DNA of 64,000 nt from an uncultured Candidatus Saccharibacteria bacterium (GCA_937915225.1 CALDNO010000002.1:75911-139910), one strand, 5' to 3'; positions 20,826-29,955 are shown, counted from the stretch's first letter. Numbers and translations are program-made. Notes: generated by a model not told the origin, from the sequence alone.

Positions 20826-21575
20826 ATGCCAGATAATAAAAAAATGGTTGAGATTCGTCATTTTAAGATGAGTTTCGGTGATAAAACTGTTATTAAAGAT
20901 CTGAGTTTCGATGTTTTTCGCGGCGAAGTTTTTGGTTTTTTGGGAAGTAATGGCTCGGGAAAAACTACGACGTTGCGCGCACTGCTTGGGCTATATCAGC
21001 CGACCGCGGGTGATTTATTGATAAACGGCAAGCCGTATTCAGTGGAGAGTCAGATTCGCCTCGGATATCTTCCTGAGGAACGCGGTTTGTATAAAAAAGA
21101 AAAAGTTTTAGACGTGATGCTCTACTTTGGTCAACTAAAAGGTTTGAGCCGCAAAGAAGCTAAGGATTTTTCTATGAAGTTTTTGGAGCGAGTCAATTTG
21201 GCGGATAAGGCTAACATGCAACTTGATAAATTATCTGGCGGACAGCAGCAGAAGATTCAGCTTGGCGTAACGATTATGGGTGATCCCGAACTGCTGATTA
21301 TGGACGAGCCGGCCAAAGGCTTTGATCCGGTAAATCGCCGTTTGTTGATGAATATAATTGAGGAGCAGCGAAAAGCTGGCGCGACAATTATTTATGTTAC
21401 GCACCAGATGGAAGAAGTTGAAAGATTGTGCGATCGCTTGATTTTATTGAAGGACGGTCAAGCTGCGGCATACGGCACATTGGAAGAAGTAAAAAGTCAA
21501 TTTGGCGGCGCTTCAATGGACGACATTTTTGTCCAAGTTTACGGCGGCGAAGCGAAGGAGTTGAGTGATGAGTAA
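20826..21575 (+). CDS. ABC transporter ATP-binding protein
   Basis: GSNGSGKT, LSGGQ, LIMDEP; AGGAGG SD before ATG 20826. Confidence 0.95.
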   Translation: MPDNKKMVEIRHFKMSFGDKTVIKDLSFDVFRGEVFGFLGSNGSGKTTTLRALLGLYQPTAGDLLINGKPYSVESQIRLGYLPEERGLYKKEKVLDVMLYFGQLKGLSRKEAKDFSMKFLERVNLADKANMQLDKLSGGQQQKIQLGVTIMGDPELLIMDEPAKGFDPVNRRLLMNIIEEQRKAGATIIYVTHQMEEVERLCDRLILLKDGQAAAYGTLEEVKSQFGGASMDDIFVQVYGGEAKELSDE

Positions 21576-22800
21576 AATGCATAATTTAGGGACAGTTTTC
21601 AAATTCGAGACGCTTAGAACACTGAAGAAGCCGACGTTTTGGTTGACGGCTTTAGGGTTTCCTTTGTTGATTGGCGTGCTGTATGGCATTATGTTTTGGT
21701 CGCAAAGCACGACTATTGAAGCGTCAAAAAATCTGGAAAAGCAAGAATTTTCGCTGGAAGTCACGGACGATTCGAAGTTGGTGAAGCCAGAATTACTGGC
21801 GGCAATTAAAGCCAAAACTGCCAAATCGAAAGAATCTGGAATTGACGACGTAAAAAATAATAAGGTTGACGCGTATGTTTATTTTCCAAAGGATTTGAGT
21901 AAGCAAAAGGTCGAAGTTTACGGTAAAGATGTTGGGTTATTCCAAAACGGAAAATACGGCGCGGTGGCACAGAGCTTATTGAGTCAATCAGTAGCAAGCG
22001 ATGTTAATCCAGCACAAGTTGCAATTTTACGTGACAAAGTCCAATTGTCATCAACCACATATCTGGACGGAAAAGAGCACGGCGGCATCAATGAGATGAT
22101 CGTGCCTGGAATGTTTTTGGCTATTTTGTTCATTCTCATCAGTATTTTTGGCAATCAAATGCTCATTAGCACTACCGAGGAAAAAGAAAATCGCACAGTG
22201 GAAATGCTGCTTACGACCGTTAAAACTGACACTTTAATTACGGGTAAAATTCTGTCTTTGATGGTGTTGGCCTTGATTCAGATTTTGGTGATTGTTTTGC
22301 CAGTTTTGGCGGGCTATTTGGCGTTTGGGTCGAAGCTGCAATTGCCTAATCTGGACTTGAGCACGCTCGTGTTTGATCCTGTGAGAATTGGTCTGGCAAT
22401 CATAATTTTCTCCGCCAGCTTCACTTTATTTACGGGAATGTTGGTGACTTTGGGTGCGATGATGCCGACTGCCAAAGAGGCCAGCCAGTGGTTCGGAATT
22501 GTGATTATGCTATTCATTGGTCCATTTTACGGAATCACGGCGTTCGTTTCCTTCCCTGATTATTTCTTCGTTAAGTTCTTGTCGCTATTTCCATTCACCG
22601 CGCCGATTCCATTGTTGTTACGAAACGCAATAGGCAATTTGCCGATTTGGGAAGCTTTGCTCGGCACGGCAATTTTGGTCGCTACAGCGGTGTTTGTTAT
22701 GTGGCTATCGGTGCGCGTTTTCCGCTACGGCGCAATGTCTTATGATAGTAAATTATCTCTGTCGGCGTTGCGAACACGCCGAAAAGCTGGTAAAGTTTAA
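21568..22800 (+). CDS. ABC-2 type permease (NatB-like)
   Basis: EEKENRTVEMLL, GKIL, six TM segments; follows the ATPase. Confidence 0.9.
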   Translation: MSKMHNLGTVFKFETLRTLKKPTFWLTALGFPLLIGVLYGIMFWSQSTTIEASKNLEKQEFSLEVTDDSKLVKPELLAAIKAKTAKSKESGIDDVKNNKVDAYVYFPKDLSKQKVEVYGKDVGLFQNGKYGAVAQSLLSQSVASDVNPAQVAILRDKVQLSSTTYLDGKEHGGINEMIVPGMFLAILFILISIFGNQMLISTTEEKENRTVEMLLTTVKTDTLITGKILSLMVLALIQILVIVLPVLAGYLAFGSKLQLPNLDLSTLVFDPVRIGLAIIIFSASFTLFTGMLVTLGAMMPTAKEASQWFGIVIMLFIGPFYGITAFVSFPDYFFVKFLSLFPFTAPIPLLLRNAIGNLPIWEALLGTAILVATAVFVMWLSVRVFRYGAMSYDSKLSLSALRTRRKAGKV

Positions 22801-22802
22801 TT

Positions 22803-23936
22803 ATGAAAGTACGTATAGAGATAGACACGAAAACATTTGTGCGATTTTGGCTGGTCGTGATGGGCTTTGGTCTGGCTGGTTTGGCAATTTATTCCGCAAA
22901 GGACGCGCTGGTTTTACTGGGAATTTCCCTGTTCTTGGCGTTGGCGTTGAATCGTCCGGTTGCGGCAATTGCTAAAAAACTTCCTGGGAAAAGTCGATTG
23001 GGCGGCACGGCGCTAGCATACACAACGCTGGTTTTGCTTTTGGGCTGTGTGATTTGGTTTGTGATTCCGCCAATTGTCCAACAATCCGCCAAATTCGTCG
23101 AAAGCATTCCGAGCATAATTGATCAAGCCAGCTCACAGTGGCGTGGCGTCAATGATTTTATTGATAAGAATAATTTGCGCCCGCAGGTCGATTCGATGAT
23201 GGAAAACATCAAGCAACAGTCTTCGTCTTGGGCAACGAGCGTCGGTACAAATCTATTGTCCAGCGTTGGCTCTTTGGCGTCGTTCTTAGGCTCGCTATTC
23301 TTGGTGCTGGTGCTGTCATTCCTGATGCTCCTCGAGGGCCCAACTTGGGTGAAGCGTTTGTGGGGATTATACAACGACGAAGAAAAAATGGAGCGCCATA
23401 AGAAGCTGGTTGGCCGAATGTACAACGTGGTCACAGGTTATGTTTCTGGGCAATTGACTGTTTCTGGAATCGATGCGATATTGTCAGGTTTCGTGGTGTT
23501 TGTGCTGAGTTTGACATTCCCTGTCATAAATTCCAATTTGGCAATGCTCACCGTTATGGCGACGTTTGTGTTGACGCTAATTCCGATGTTTGGCGCAACG
23601 ATTGCTGGCGCATTGATATCACTGCTGCTATTCTTCAATAATATGACAGCGGGCGTTATTTATGCGATTTATTTCGTGATTTACCAACAGATTGAGAATA
23701 ACTTTGTCTCTCCTTCTATCCAATCAAAGAAGGTTGAGCTGTCGGCTCTGACTGTCTTGGTTGCGGTGACAATTGGTTTATATGTCGGCGGTCTATTGGG
23801 CGGTTTGGTTGCTATTCCAGCCGCTGGCGTCGTAAAAGTTTTGCTGGATAATTACTTGGAGCAGGCCAAGTCTGAGCGCGTTGAAAGCGAAAAGCCTCTT
23901 AATAAATTAGTTAAGAAATTGAAAAACGAGGATTAA
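22803..23936 (+). CDS. AI-2E/PerM family transporter
   Basis: LIPMFGA, QQIENNFVSP, GGLVAIP. Confidence 0.88.
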   Translation: MKVRIEIDTKTFVRFWLVVMGFGLAGLAIYSAKDALVLLGISLFLALALNRPVAAIAKKLPGKSRLGGTALAYTTLVLLLGCVIWFVIPPIVQQSAKFVESIPSIIDQASSQWRGVNDFIDKNNLRPQVDSMMENIKQQSSSWATSVGTNLLSSVGSLASFLGSLFLVLVLSFLMLLEGPTWVKRLWGLYNDEEKMERHKKLVGRMYNVVTGYVSGQLTVSGIDAILSGFVVFVLSLTFPVINSNLAMLTVMATFVLTLIPMFGATIAGALISLLLFFNNMTAGVIYAIYFVIYQQIENNFVSPSIQSKKVELSALTVLVAVTIGLYVGGLLGGLVAIPAAGVVKVLLDNYLEQAKSERVESEKPLNKLVKKLKNED

Positions 23937-23978
23937 TTAGCACGAAATAAAAATATAGCCCGTTGAATCTCTAGCGGG

Positions 23979-25412
23979 CTATTTCCATGTCCAGATGCTG
24001 CCACTTGGAGTGTCGCGAACGGCAACGCCAGCCTGAAGAAGTTCATCGCGGATTCTGTCGGATTCTTCCCAATTTTTCTCTGCGCGTGCTTGACGTCGCT
24101 GGATAATCAACCTCTTCAAATCGTCAGTAATATCGGGCGTAGACTCAGTCAAATCCAGTCCCAAAATCTCGTCAATCTCATCAATAAACTGCACTAAACT
24201 CTGTCGATGAATTTTATCAAGCGACGTATGATCCAACTTTGAAAATACTTCATCAATCAACGCCAGTGCGCCTGGAGTATCCAAATCGTCATTCAATTTC
24301 TCGACCAACGCCTGACGTCCCGCTAGCAACGAAACTGAATCGTCCTGCTCGTCCTTATCATCGTCATCTTCCAGCGTGTCATGAGTTTGATGTCTCAGAA
24401 CCGCGTAATCCCGCCAATGATTCAATCGCGCCTGCGCTGCTTCCAGAATTTCCCAGGTAAAATTGCCTTCCGTCTGATAATGCTTACTGAGAATCGCCAG
24501 CTTAAACGCCATCGGACTAAACCCTCGCGAAATAATATCTTCCAGCGTAATAATATTCCCTAGAGATTTACTCATTTTTCGGCCGTCAACTTTTATGTGA
24601 TTATTATGTAGCCAAATCTGAGAAAATTGTTTTCCGGTCAGACTCTCGCTCTGGGCAATTTCATTCGTGTGATGAACTGGAATATGATCAATCCCGCCAG
24701 CGTGAATATCAATAGAATCCCCAAGTGTTTCACGGGCAATTGTCGAGCATTCCAGATGCCAGCCAGGAAAACCGACTCCCCACGGACTGTTCCACTCCAT
24801 ATCGCGCTTGGCGTCTTTTGGCGAAAACTTCCATACGGCGAAGTCAGTAATATTGCGCTTTCCTTCAACGCTCACTCTGGCGCCAGCTTCCAGGCCCGCC
24901 ACGTCCAGCCGCGCTAATTTACCGTAATCCTTCAAAAGCGACGTGTCAAAATACATGCCGTCGCCGTCGATTTTATATAAAAATCCCTTTTCGTCCAGTC
25001 CTTTTGCGAAGTCAATCTGCTGCTGAATATAATCCGTCGCCCGTACCAAGTAATCTGGTTTTATCAATTTCAGTACGTCGTAGGCCTCGTGATTGGCTAT
25101 GGAAATATATCTTTCCGCCACGTCCCAAGCAGTCTTCCCCTCACGGCGCGCACCTTTTTCCATTTTGTCCTCGCCGTTATCGTCATCACTTGTCAAATGT
25201 CCAACATCAGTGATGTTTTGCGTTCGAATAACGGGAATATCTTGCCAGCGTAGTAGTCGCACCAACACGTCCCAGTAAATATAGCCGACCCAGTTGCCAA
25301 TGTGCGGTTGCGAATAAACTGTTAGACCACAGGTGTAAAATTTGACCGTTTCTCCATCAAGCGGCTTCAGTTCATCTTTTCGTCTAGTGAGCGTATTGTA
25401 GAGTTTTATCAT
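23979..25412 (-). CDS. cysS: Cysteine-tRNA ligase
   Basis: LYNTLTR, HIGN, PGWHLEC, HHTNE, KMSKS; true start 25412 after a TACAAT box. Confidence 0.97.
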   Translation of the reverse strand: MIKLYNTLTRRKDELKPLDGETVKFYTCGLTVYSQPHIGNWVGYIYWDVLVRLLRWQDIPVIRTQNITDVGHLTSDDDNGEDKMEKGARREGKTAWDVAERYISIANHEAYDVLKLIKPDYLVRATDYIQQQIDFAKGLDEKGFLYKIDGDGMYFDTSLLKDYGKLARLDVAGLEAGARVSVEGKRNITDFAVWKFSPKDAKRDMEWNSPWGVGFPGWHLECSTIARETLGDSIDIHAGGIDHIPVHHTNEIAQSESLTGKQFSQIWLHNNHIKVDGRKMSKSLGNIITLEDIISRGFSPMAFKLAILSKHYQTEGNFTWEILEAAQARLNHWRDYAVLRHQTHDTLEDDDDKDEQDDSVSLLAGRQALVEKLNDDLDTPGALALIDEVFSKLDHTSLDKIHRQSLVQFIDEIDEILGLDLTESTPDITDDLKRLIIQRRQARAEKNWEESDRIRDELLQAGVAVRDTPSGSIWTWK

Positions 25413-25455
25413 TAATTCTATTGTACGGCACTCTGGTTGGTTTTTCAAAATTGAC

Positions 25456-25493
25456 ATAAAAAACAGCCCCAGTTGGGACTTAATAATTTCCAA
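25456..25493 (-). repeat. Conserved 3' element and terminator, cassette B
   Basis: 37 of 38 nt identical to 26302-26339; AGTCCC-AACT-GGGGCT then GTTTTTT. Confidence 0.9.
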
Positions 25494-25561
25494 GAAATAG
25501 CGCAAGCAGCCTTTATAAAAAAGAACAACTTGTCGCTATTGTGCGTGCTAGTAGATAGCCC

Positions 25562-26083
25562 TCAGTTGGCGTTTTTTGCCATCCTTAGGAGGTTGTCTGT
25601 GAGTAGCATCTCATGGTTGATGCTATCAAGCGCATAGCACGATATAGGATTAGTGTACACAACGAGACGAAGAGGGACTATGCTAAAGCGGCGTGCCTCT
25701 TCCGCTAGCTTAATCTCAGCGTTGGCAATGAGCGGAGGAAGGTCCACATTGAGGGCTTCACCTAACCTATCTGCTGCTGCAAACAAGCTACTCGGGGAAG
25801 CCCACTTCTGTAACTCTGGACAGTGCCGATAGGCTGCAATAGTGAACACGCATATCTCGATGCGGTTCAATATTTCTAGCAGGCCATCTAATCCGGCCTG
25901 CCCGTAGGCGTCCCTAAAATCTTCGACTAACTTCTCCCGGTCACGACAAATGGCCTCAAATAGCTTCCAATCGAGTTTACTCACTTGGACCGTAACAGGC
26001 CTAAGGACCGGATCCTCGAGTGGGCTGTCGAAAATCAGGATCTCTCCACTGCACTTACACGTTTGAGAATCGATGAGTTTCAT
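25562..26083 (-). CDS. Orphan protein, cassette B
   Basis: 173-aa ORF with GAAAGGGAG SD; no recognisable motif. Confidence 0.75.
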   Translation of the reverse strand: MKLIDSQTCKCSGEILIFDSPLEDPVLRPVTVQVSKLDWKLFEAICRDREKLVEDFRDAYGQAGLDGLLEILNRIEICVFTIAAYRHCPELQKWASPSSLFAAADRLGEALNVDLPPLIANAEIKLAEEARRFSIVPLRLVVYTNPISCYALDSINHEMLLTDNLLRMAKNAN

Positions 26084-26136
26084 CGTTCTCCCTTTCTTCT
26101 CATCCCCACGTGAATGTGGTTAAGCGTTGTTCTTTT

Positions 26137-26297
26137 CAACACAGGATGAGATTCCATTCCTCTTTATATTTTCTCCTCAAAAAAGGAATAAAACCTCATC
26201 CCGTGCTAGGCTGCTTGTCAAGGTGCGCTTTTGGACAAGGATTTACTCGTCAACAAAAGCTGTATTCATTTATATCACACTTGCGTAAAAAAGTCAA
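26137..26297 (-). promoter_or_regulatory. Promoter and structured leader, cassette B
   Basis: TTGACT-N17-TATAAA (26269-26297), 5' hairpin 26227-26260, GCACCTTGACAAGCAG 26211-26226, 29-bp hairpin 26137-26208. Confidence 0.85.
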
Positions 26298-26301
26298 TAG
26301 A

Positions 26302-26339
26302 ATAAAAAACAGCCCCAGTTGGGACTTGATAATTTCCAA
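26302..26339 (-). repeat. Conserved 3' element and terminator, cassette A
   Basis: 37 of 38 nt identical to 25456-25493. Confidence 0.9.
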
Positions 26340-26474
26340 TGAATAGTGACAAGCAGATGCGCGCTAAGACGCATCAGAAAATTGTATCTTAGACTCATCA
26401 CTATTCAGCAGTTGCTCCTGATAACTTACTGCTATAAAGCAGAAAGAAATCAGGAGGTCAGAGTTACCTCAGGA

Positions 26475-27152
26475 CTAAAGCAAGAGGCAATGCTTCCCAG
26501 GTACTACTTCGGGTAGCAATAGGCTGTTGCTGCTACCCTTTACCGATACGAGTCCTGCGTACTCGTCGCCAACGAACTTCTGCATTCGAATTTCCCCACG
26601 GTGAGGATAAGATTCTACTTTGCGGAAGTAGACGTCTTCCTTTCCAGGGATGTGAAAGTTGAATTCGCGGAGGTAAAGTGCGTTACCTACGGTCAGGCTA
26701 GCGCCTTTTCGGAATACGTAGAAGTTGCCTACGTCACCGTCCACCATGAGGAAAAAACATGATTCGTCAGTCGTGGCGATAATGGTGCCGTTTACAGTGT
26801 GAGTGACGGTAAAGAAATCGCCGTACTTTAGTTGTACGTGACCTAGGGAACCGTAGCGGAAACGGTATCCGCAAATGTTCCCATTGCCGTCGAACATTGG
26901 CAGTAGTCCAGGATCGCCCTGCTTGTTACCGAAAATGAAATCTACGGTGACACCGTAGTCGTCGGACAACTCGTAGCCGTAGAAGTGCTTCCGTTGTGGC
27001 TGGTACTCCCTGTTGCTCGGGAACATGACGTTAACGCTCTTGTCTTCGCCGGAGTAGAAGGAAAATCCACCCATGTGGAAGGCGACCTTTCGCTGTGATG
27101 GTACGGTGTACAAGACAACAGGACGCTTGGCGTTGTTTGCGATAGAGGCCAT
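26475..27152 (-). CDS. Orphan protein rich in Gly and aromatic residues, cassette A
   Basis: 225-aa ORF with GAAAGGAG SD; no recognisable motif. Confidence 0.78.
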   Translation of the reverse strand: MASIANNAKRPVVLYTVPSQRKVAFHMGGFSFYSGEDKSVNVMFPSNREYQPQRKHFYGYELSDDYGVTVDFIFGNKQGDPGLLPMFDGNGNICGYRFRYGSLGHVQLKYGDFFTVTHTVNGTIIATTDESCFFLMVDGDVGNFYVFRKGASLTVGNALYLREFNFHIPGKEDVYFRKVESYPHRGEIRMQKFVGDEYAGLVSVKGSSNSLLLPEVVPGKHCLLL

Positions 27153-27232
27153 TTCTGGCTCTCCTTTCTCTTTCTCGCGGCGAACGGTTCGCCATCTTTG
27201 CTTTTTGGCAAATAATCATGCGTGCATATGAT

Positions 27233-27420
27233 CAAGCATGAAACGAGATTTCAATTGTCAATTATATATTCTATCAACAACTAAAACCCCGCTTCATGCT
27301 TAAGTTTCGTCTTAATCTTCTTACATCTGCTTGTCAAGGTGCGCTTTCGGATAAGGAGTAAATCTCAACTCATCAACAAAAGCTAATGTTATTTATATCA
27401 CACTTATATTAAAAAGTCAA
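27233..27420 (-). promoter_or_regulatory. Promoter and structured leader, cassette A
   Basis: TTGACT-N17-TATAAA (27392-27420), 5' hairpin 27343-27383, GCACCTTGACAAGCAG 27327-27342, 30-bp hairpin 27233-27302. Confidence 0.85.
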
Positions 27421-27509
27421 TGGATTTTGTCAAAAATGTGGTATAATATTTTTCTCAACTCTGTTACAGACGTAAAGACTGATATATACCAACAATGTTA
27501 CAATAACTT

Positions 27510-28496
27510 TTAACCCTGCCCTACTTCTTGCAAAGCTTGATCTGTTGCTGTAACTAATTCTCTTACTATTTCGTCGTAATTGTCATACACGCGGAATCCT
27601 GCCGCGTACGGATGGCCGCCGCCGCCAAAATATCCAGCTACGGTATCGGCAATTGGTAAATTACCTCGTAGGCGCGCAGTCAATTTGCCGTCAGGGTAAG
27701 TTTTAATAACACAACTAAGCGCCACGCCTTCAACCAGTCTCAGCTCGTCGCCAATTAACGCGCCGGGATTATAAGCGTCGCTGTAGGTTTGGATTTCCTC
27801 AAATGGCACATGCACTAGCGCCAATTGTCCGTCTAATAAATATTCGATTCGCTCGATCAATTTTCCCTTGTACGTCAAAATTTCTGGCGATTTTTTCATA
27901 AATTCGCGTCGTCGTTCTTCAATTTCTGCGTTGGAAGCGCCCAGTTCTGTAAGTTCTCCCGCCGTATGGAAAGTCTGAGCCGTGGTGTTTTGCGTAGTAA
28001 GCCCCAGGCTATCGCTCATAATAGCTATCAATAAATCTTCGGCCGCCTGAGGATTTATCTTCCAGTCGGAATACTTGAACAGTTTATATAGCAATTCTCC
28101 GGTCGCCACGACGGTTTCTGATAGCATAATATGGTCAAAGCTAAGTGTCGATTCGGCTGTGTGATGATCGATAACCAGAGTTGGGTGCGTTTCTAAGAAA
28201 TGTCGCGCTCCAGGAGTTTCCAATACCTTACTGAGAAGCACGTCCGCGCTTGTATCGACAATTATCGCGGCGTCAGCTTGAAACGGAAAGTCGTTCTGCA
28301 CTCGATCCCAACCGCGAATGTAATGAAGATATTTCGGTATATCTACTGGACAATATAAAGTAACAGTCTTCCCTAAGTCGCTTAAGACTTCTTCTAGCGC
28401 CAAGCTTGAACCCAGGCTGTCGCCGTCGGGATTTTCGGCTTGAATAATAACTATATTGTTTGCGGATTGAATAAATTGTTTAGCTGTATCTAGCAT
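27510..28496 (-). CDS. DHH-family phosphoesterase (NrnA-like)
   Basis: NPDGDSLGS, IDHH, GGGGHPYAAG. Confidence 0.92.
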   Translation of the reverse strand: MLDTAKQFIQSANNIVIIQAENPDGDSLGSSLALEEVLSDLGKTVTLYCPVDIPKYLHYIRGWDRVQNDFPFQADAAIIVDTSADVLLSKVLETPGARHFLETHPTLVIDHHTAESTLSFDHIMLSETVVATGELLYKLFKYSDWKINPQAAEDLLIAIMSDSLGLTTQNTTAQTFHTAGELTELGASNAEIEERRREFMKKSPEILTYKGKLIERIEYLLDGQLALVHVPFEEIQTYSDAYNPGALIGDELRLVEGVALSCVIKTYPDGKLTARLRGNLPIADTVAGYFGGGGHPYAAGFRVYDNYDEIVRELVTATDQALQEVGQG

Positions 28497-28703
28497 ATTA
28501 TTTATTATAACAAATGATTTTTACTCTAATATAATATATATTGTTTTTAATTACATAAGTGGTATAATATGTGATGGACTATTAAAAATACTGCGCAATC
28601 GAAAAAACATAAACATTTTTATAAATTATTATTGACAAAATATAAAGATTGTGCTAGTATGAGGACATAAAGCCTGAAGATAGGGCTGGAAAGAGGAGTT
28701 TTT

Positions 28704-29885
28704 ATGAACAAATTTAAGAAAATCGGCATCGCTATCTCTCTGGGATTCGCTATGCTCGGTGGAATCTGGTTGGCATCACCTTCACAGGCTGCCGGCTGTA
28801 ACAAATTTAACGTTGTATACTGTGGTACACATTCTATGTCAGAATTACAAACAGCATACAGCCGTACAGAAATTAAAGAACTATATAAAGAATGGTACAT
28901 TACCAGCACTATGATCCAAGGTGGATCAAACATGCGTGAGGGTGTAGTTGACGCAAACGGTAACATTACTGTTGACGGTCGTGTCGTGGCTACAAACTCT
29001 ATAACTGTACAGTCTAAGGCTGGTACTCGTCAGCCTCAGCCACAACGTAGCTACAAGACTTCAAACGGATATACTTACTACCAATATCCAACTGGTCAAA
29101 GCTTCGTTGACGGCCCTAAGAGCTACAGTATGTATGCATGGTTTGACAACGACGGTAAATTCATCACTGGTGTGATTAAAGACTGTGGTAACCCAGTTTG
29201 GGGTACTCCAACAACACCTCCTGCAAAACCTGCATTAACATGTGACGCATTGCAAGTTCTAAAAATTGAAGACAACACCTACAAGTTTGTTGTAAACGCA
29301 ACCGCTAAGAACGGTGCAAGCATCACCAGCTACACATACAACTTTGGTGACGGTACAACTAAGACTATTAACTCATCTACAATTGAGCACACTTACACAA
29401 AGTACGGCAGCTTCAAGGTTACTGTAATCGTAAATGGTAAAGAAAATGGCGAAGTCAAGAAACAAAGTCCAAACTGTGAAAAGACTATCGTAATTGAACC
29501 TGAAACAAAACTTCAAGTTTGTGACCTTAAGACTAAGAAATATGTAGAGATTAAGAAGTCAGAATTTGATAAAAGTAAGTACTCAACAAATCCAAATGAC
29601 TGTAAAGAAGCACCTGCTAAGATCACAATCTGTGTAATCGATAAAAAAGAGCTTCGTGAAATCAAGAAGGAAGAATACAACGAGTCAAAGCACACAACTG
29701 ACTTGAGTAAGTGTAAGGAAGTTCCTACTACACCTACTACCCCTACACCAAACACTCCTTCAACACCAACACCTAGCCCAGAATTGCCAAAGACTGGTGC
29801 AAGTGACGCGATTATGTCAGCACTAGGCCTAGGTGGACTAACTACAGCTACTATCGCTTACATCGCTAGCCGCCGCCAAATGTAA
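28704..29885 (+). CDS. Surface protein with signal peptide, PKD domain, Cys-flanked repeats and LPxTG-type anchor
   Basis: N-terminal signal; YNFGDG..HTY..G.F.V PKD pattern; Pro/Thr linker; LPKTG plus hydrophobic segment plus SRRQM tail. Confidence 0.85.
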   Translation: MNKFKKIGIAISLGFAMLGGIWLASPSQAAGCNKFNVVYCGTHSMSELQTAYSRTEIKELYKEWYITSTMIQGGSNMREGVVDANGNITVDGRVVATNSITVQSKAGTRQPQPQRSYKTSNGYTYYQYPTGQSFVDGPKSYSMYAWFDNDGKFITGVIKDCGNPVWGTPTTPPAKPALTCDALQVLKIEDNTYKFVVNATAKNGASITSYTYNFGDGTTKTINSSTIEHTYTKYGSFKVTVIVNGKENGEVKKQSPNCEKTIVIEPETKLQVCDLKTKKYVEIKKSEFDKSKYSTNPNDCKEAPAKITICVIDKKELREIKKEEYNESKHTTDLSKCKEVPTTPTTPTPNTPSTPTPSPELPKTGASDAIMSALGLGGLTTATIAYIASRRQM

Positions 29886-29902
29886 TAGGTCAAGCTAGCA
29901 AC

Positions 29903-29933
29903 GAAATACCCGCCGAGATGGCGGGTATTTTTT
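29903..29933. terminator. Bidirectional terminator
   Basis: AAATACCCGCC-GAGAT-GGCGGGTATTT between convergent genes. Confidence 0.85.
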
Positions 29934-29955
29934 ATTGTCGATGAAGCTGTTGAAT

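Noticed and set aside
25456..27420. CRISPR array, integron or IS interpretation of the repeats
   Set aside because: Only two copies about 0.85-1.1 kb apart; no cas, integrase or transposase, no attC-type core sites, and the repeats include promoter and terminator.
27439..27447. + strand TGGTATAAT as promoter of an antisense antitoxin RNA
   Set aside because: It points away from the cassettes, has no clear terminator and has no counterpart in cassette B.
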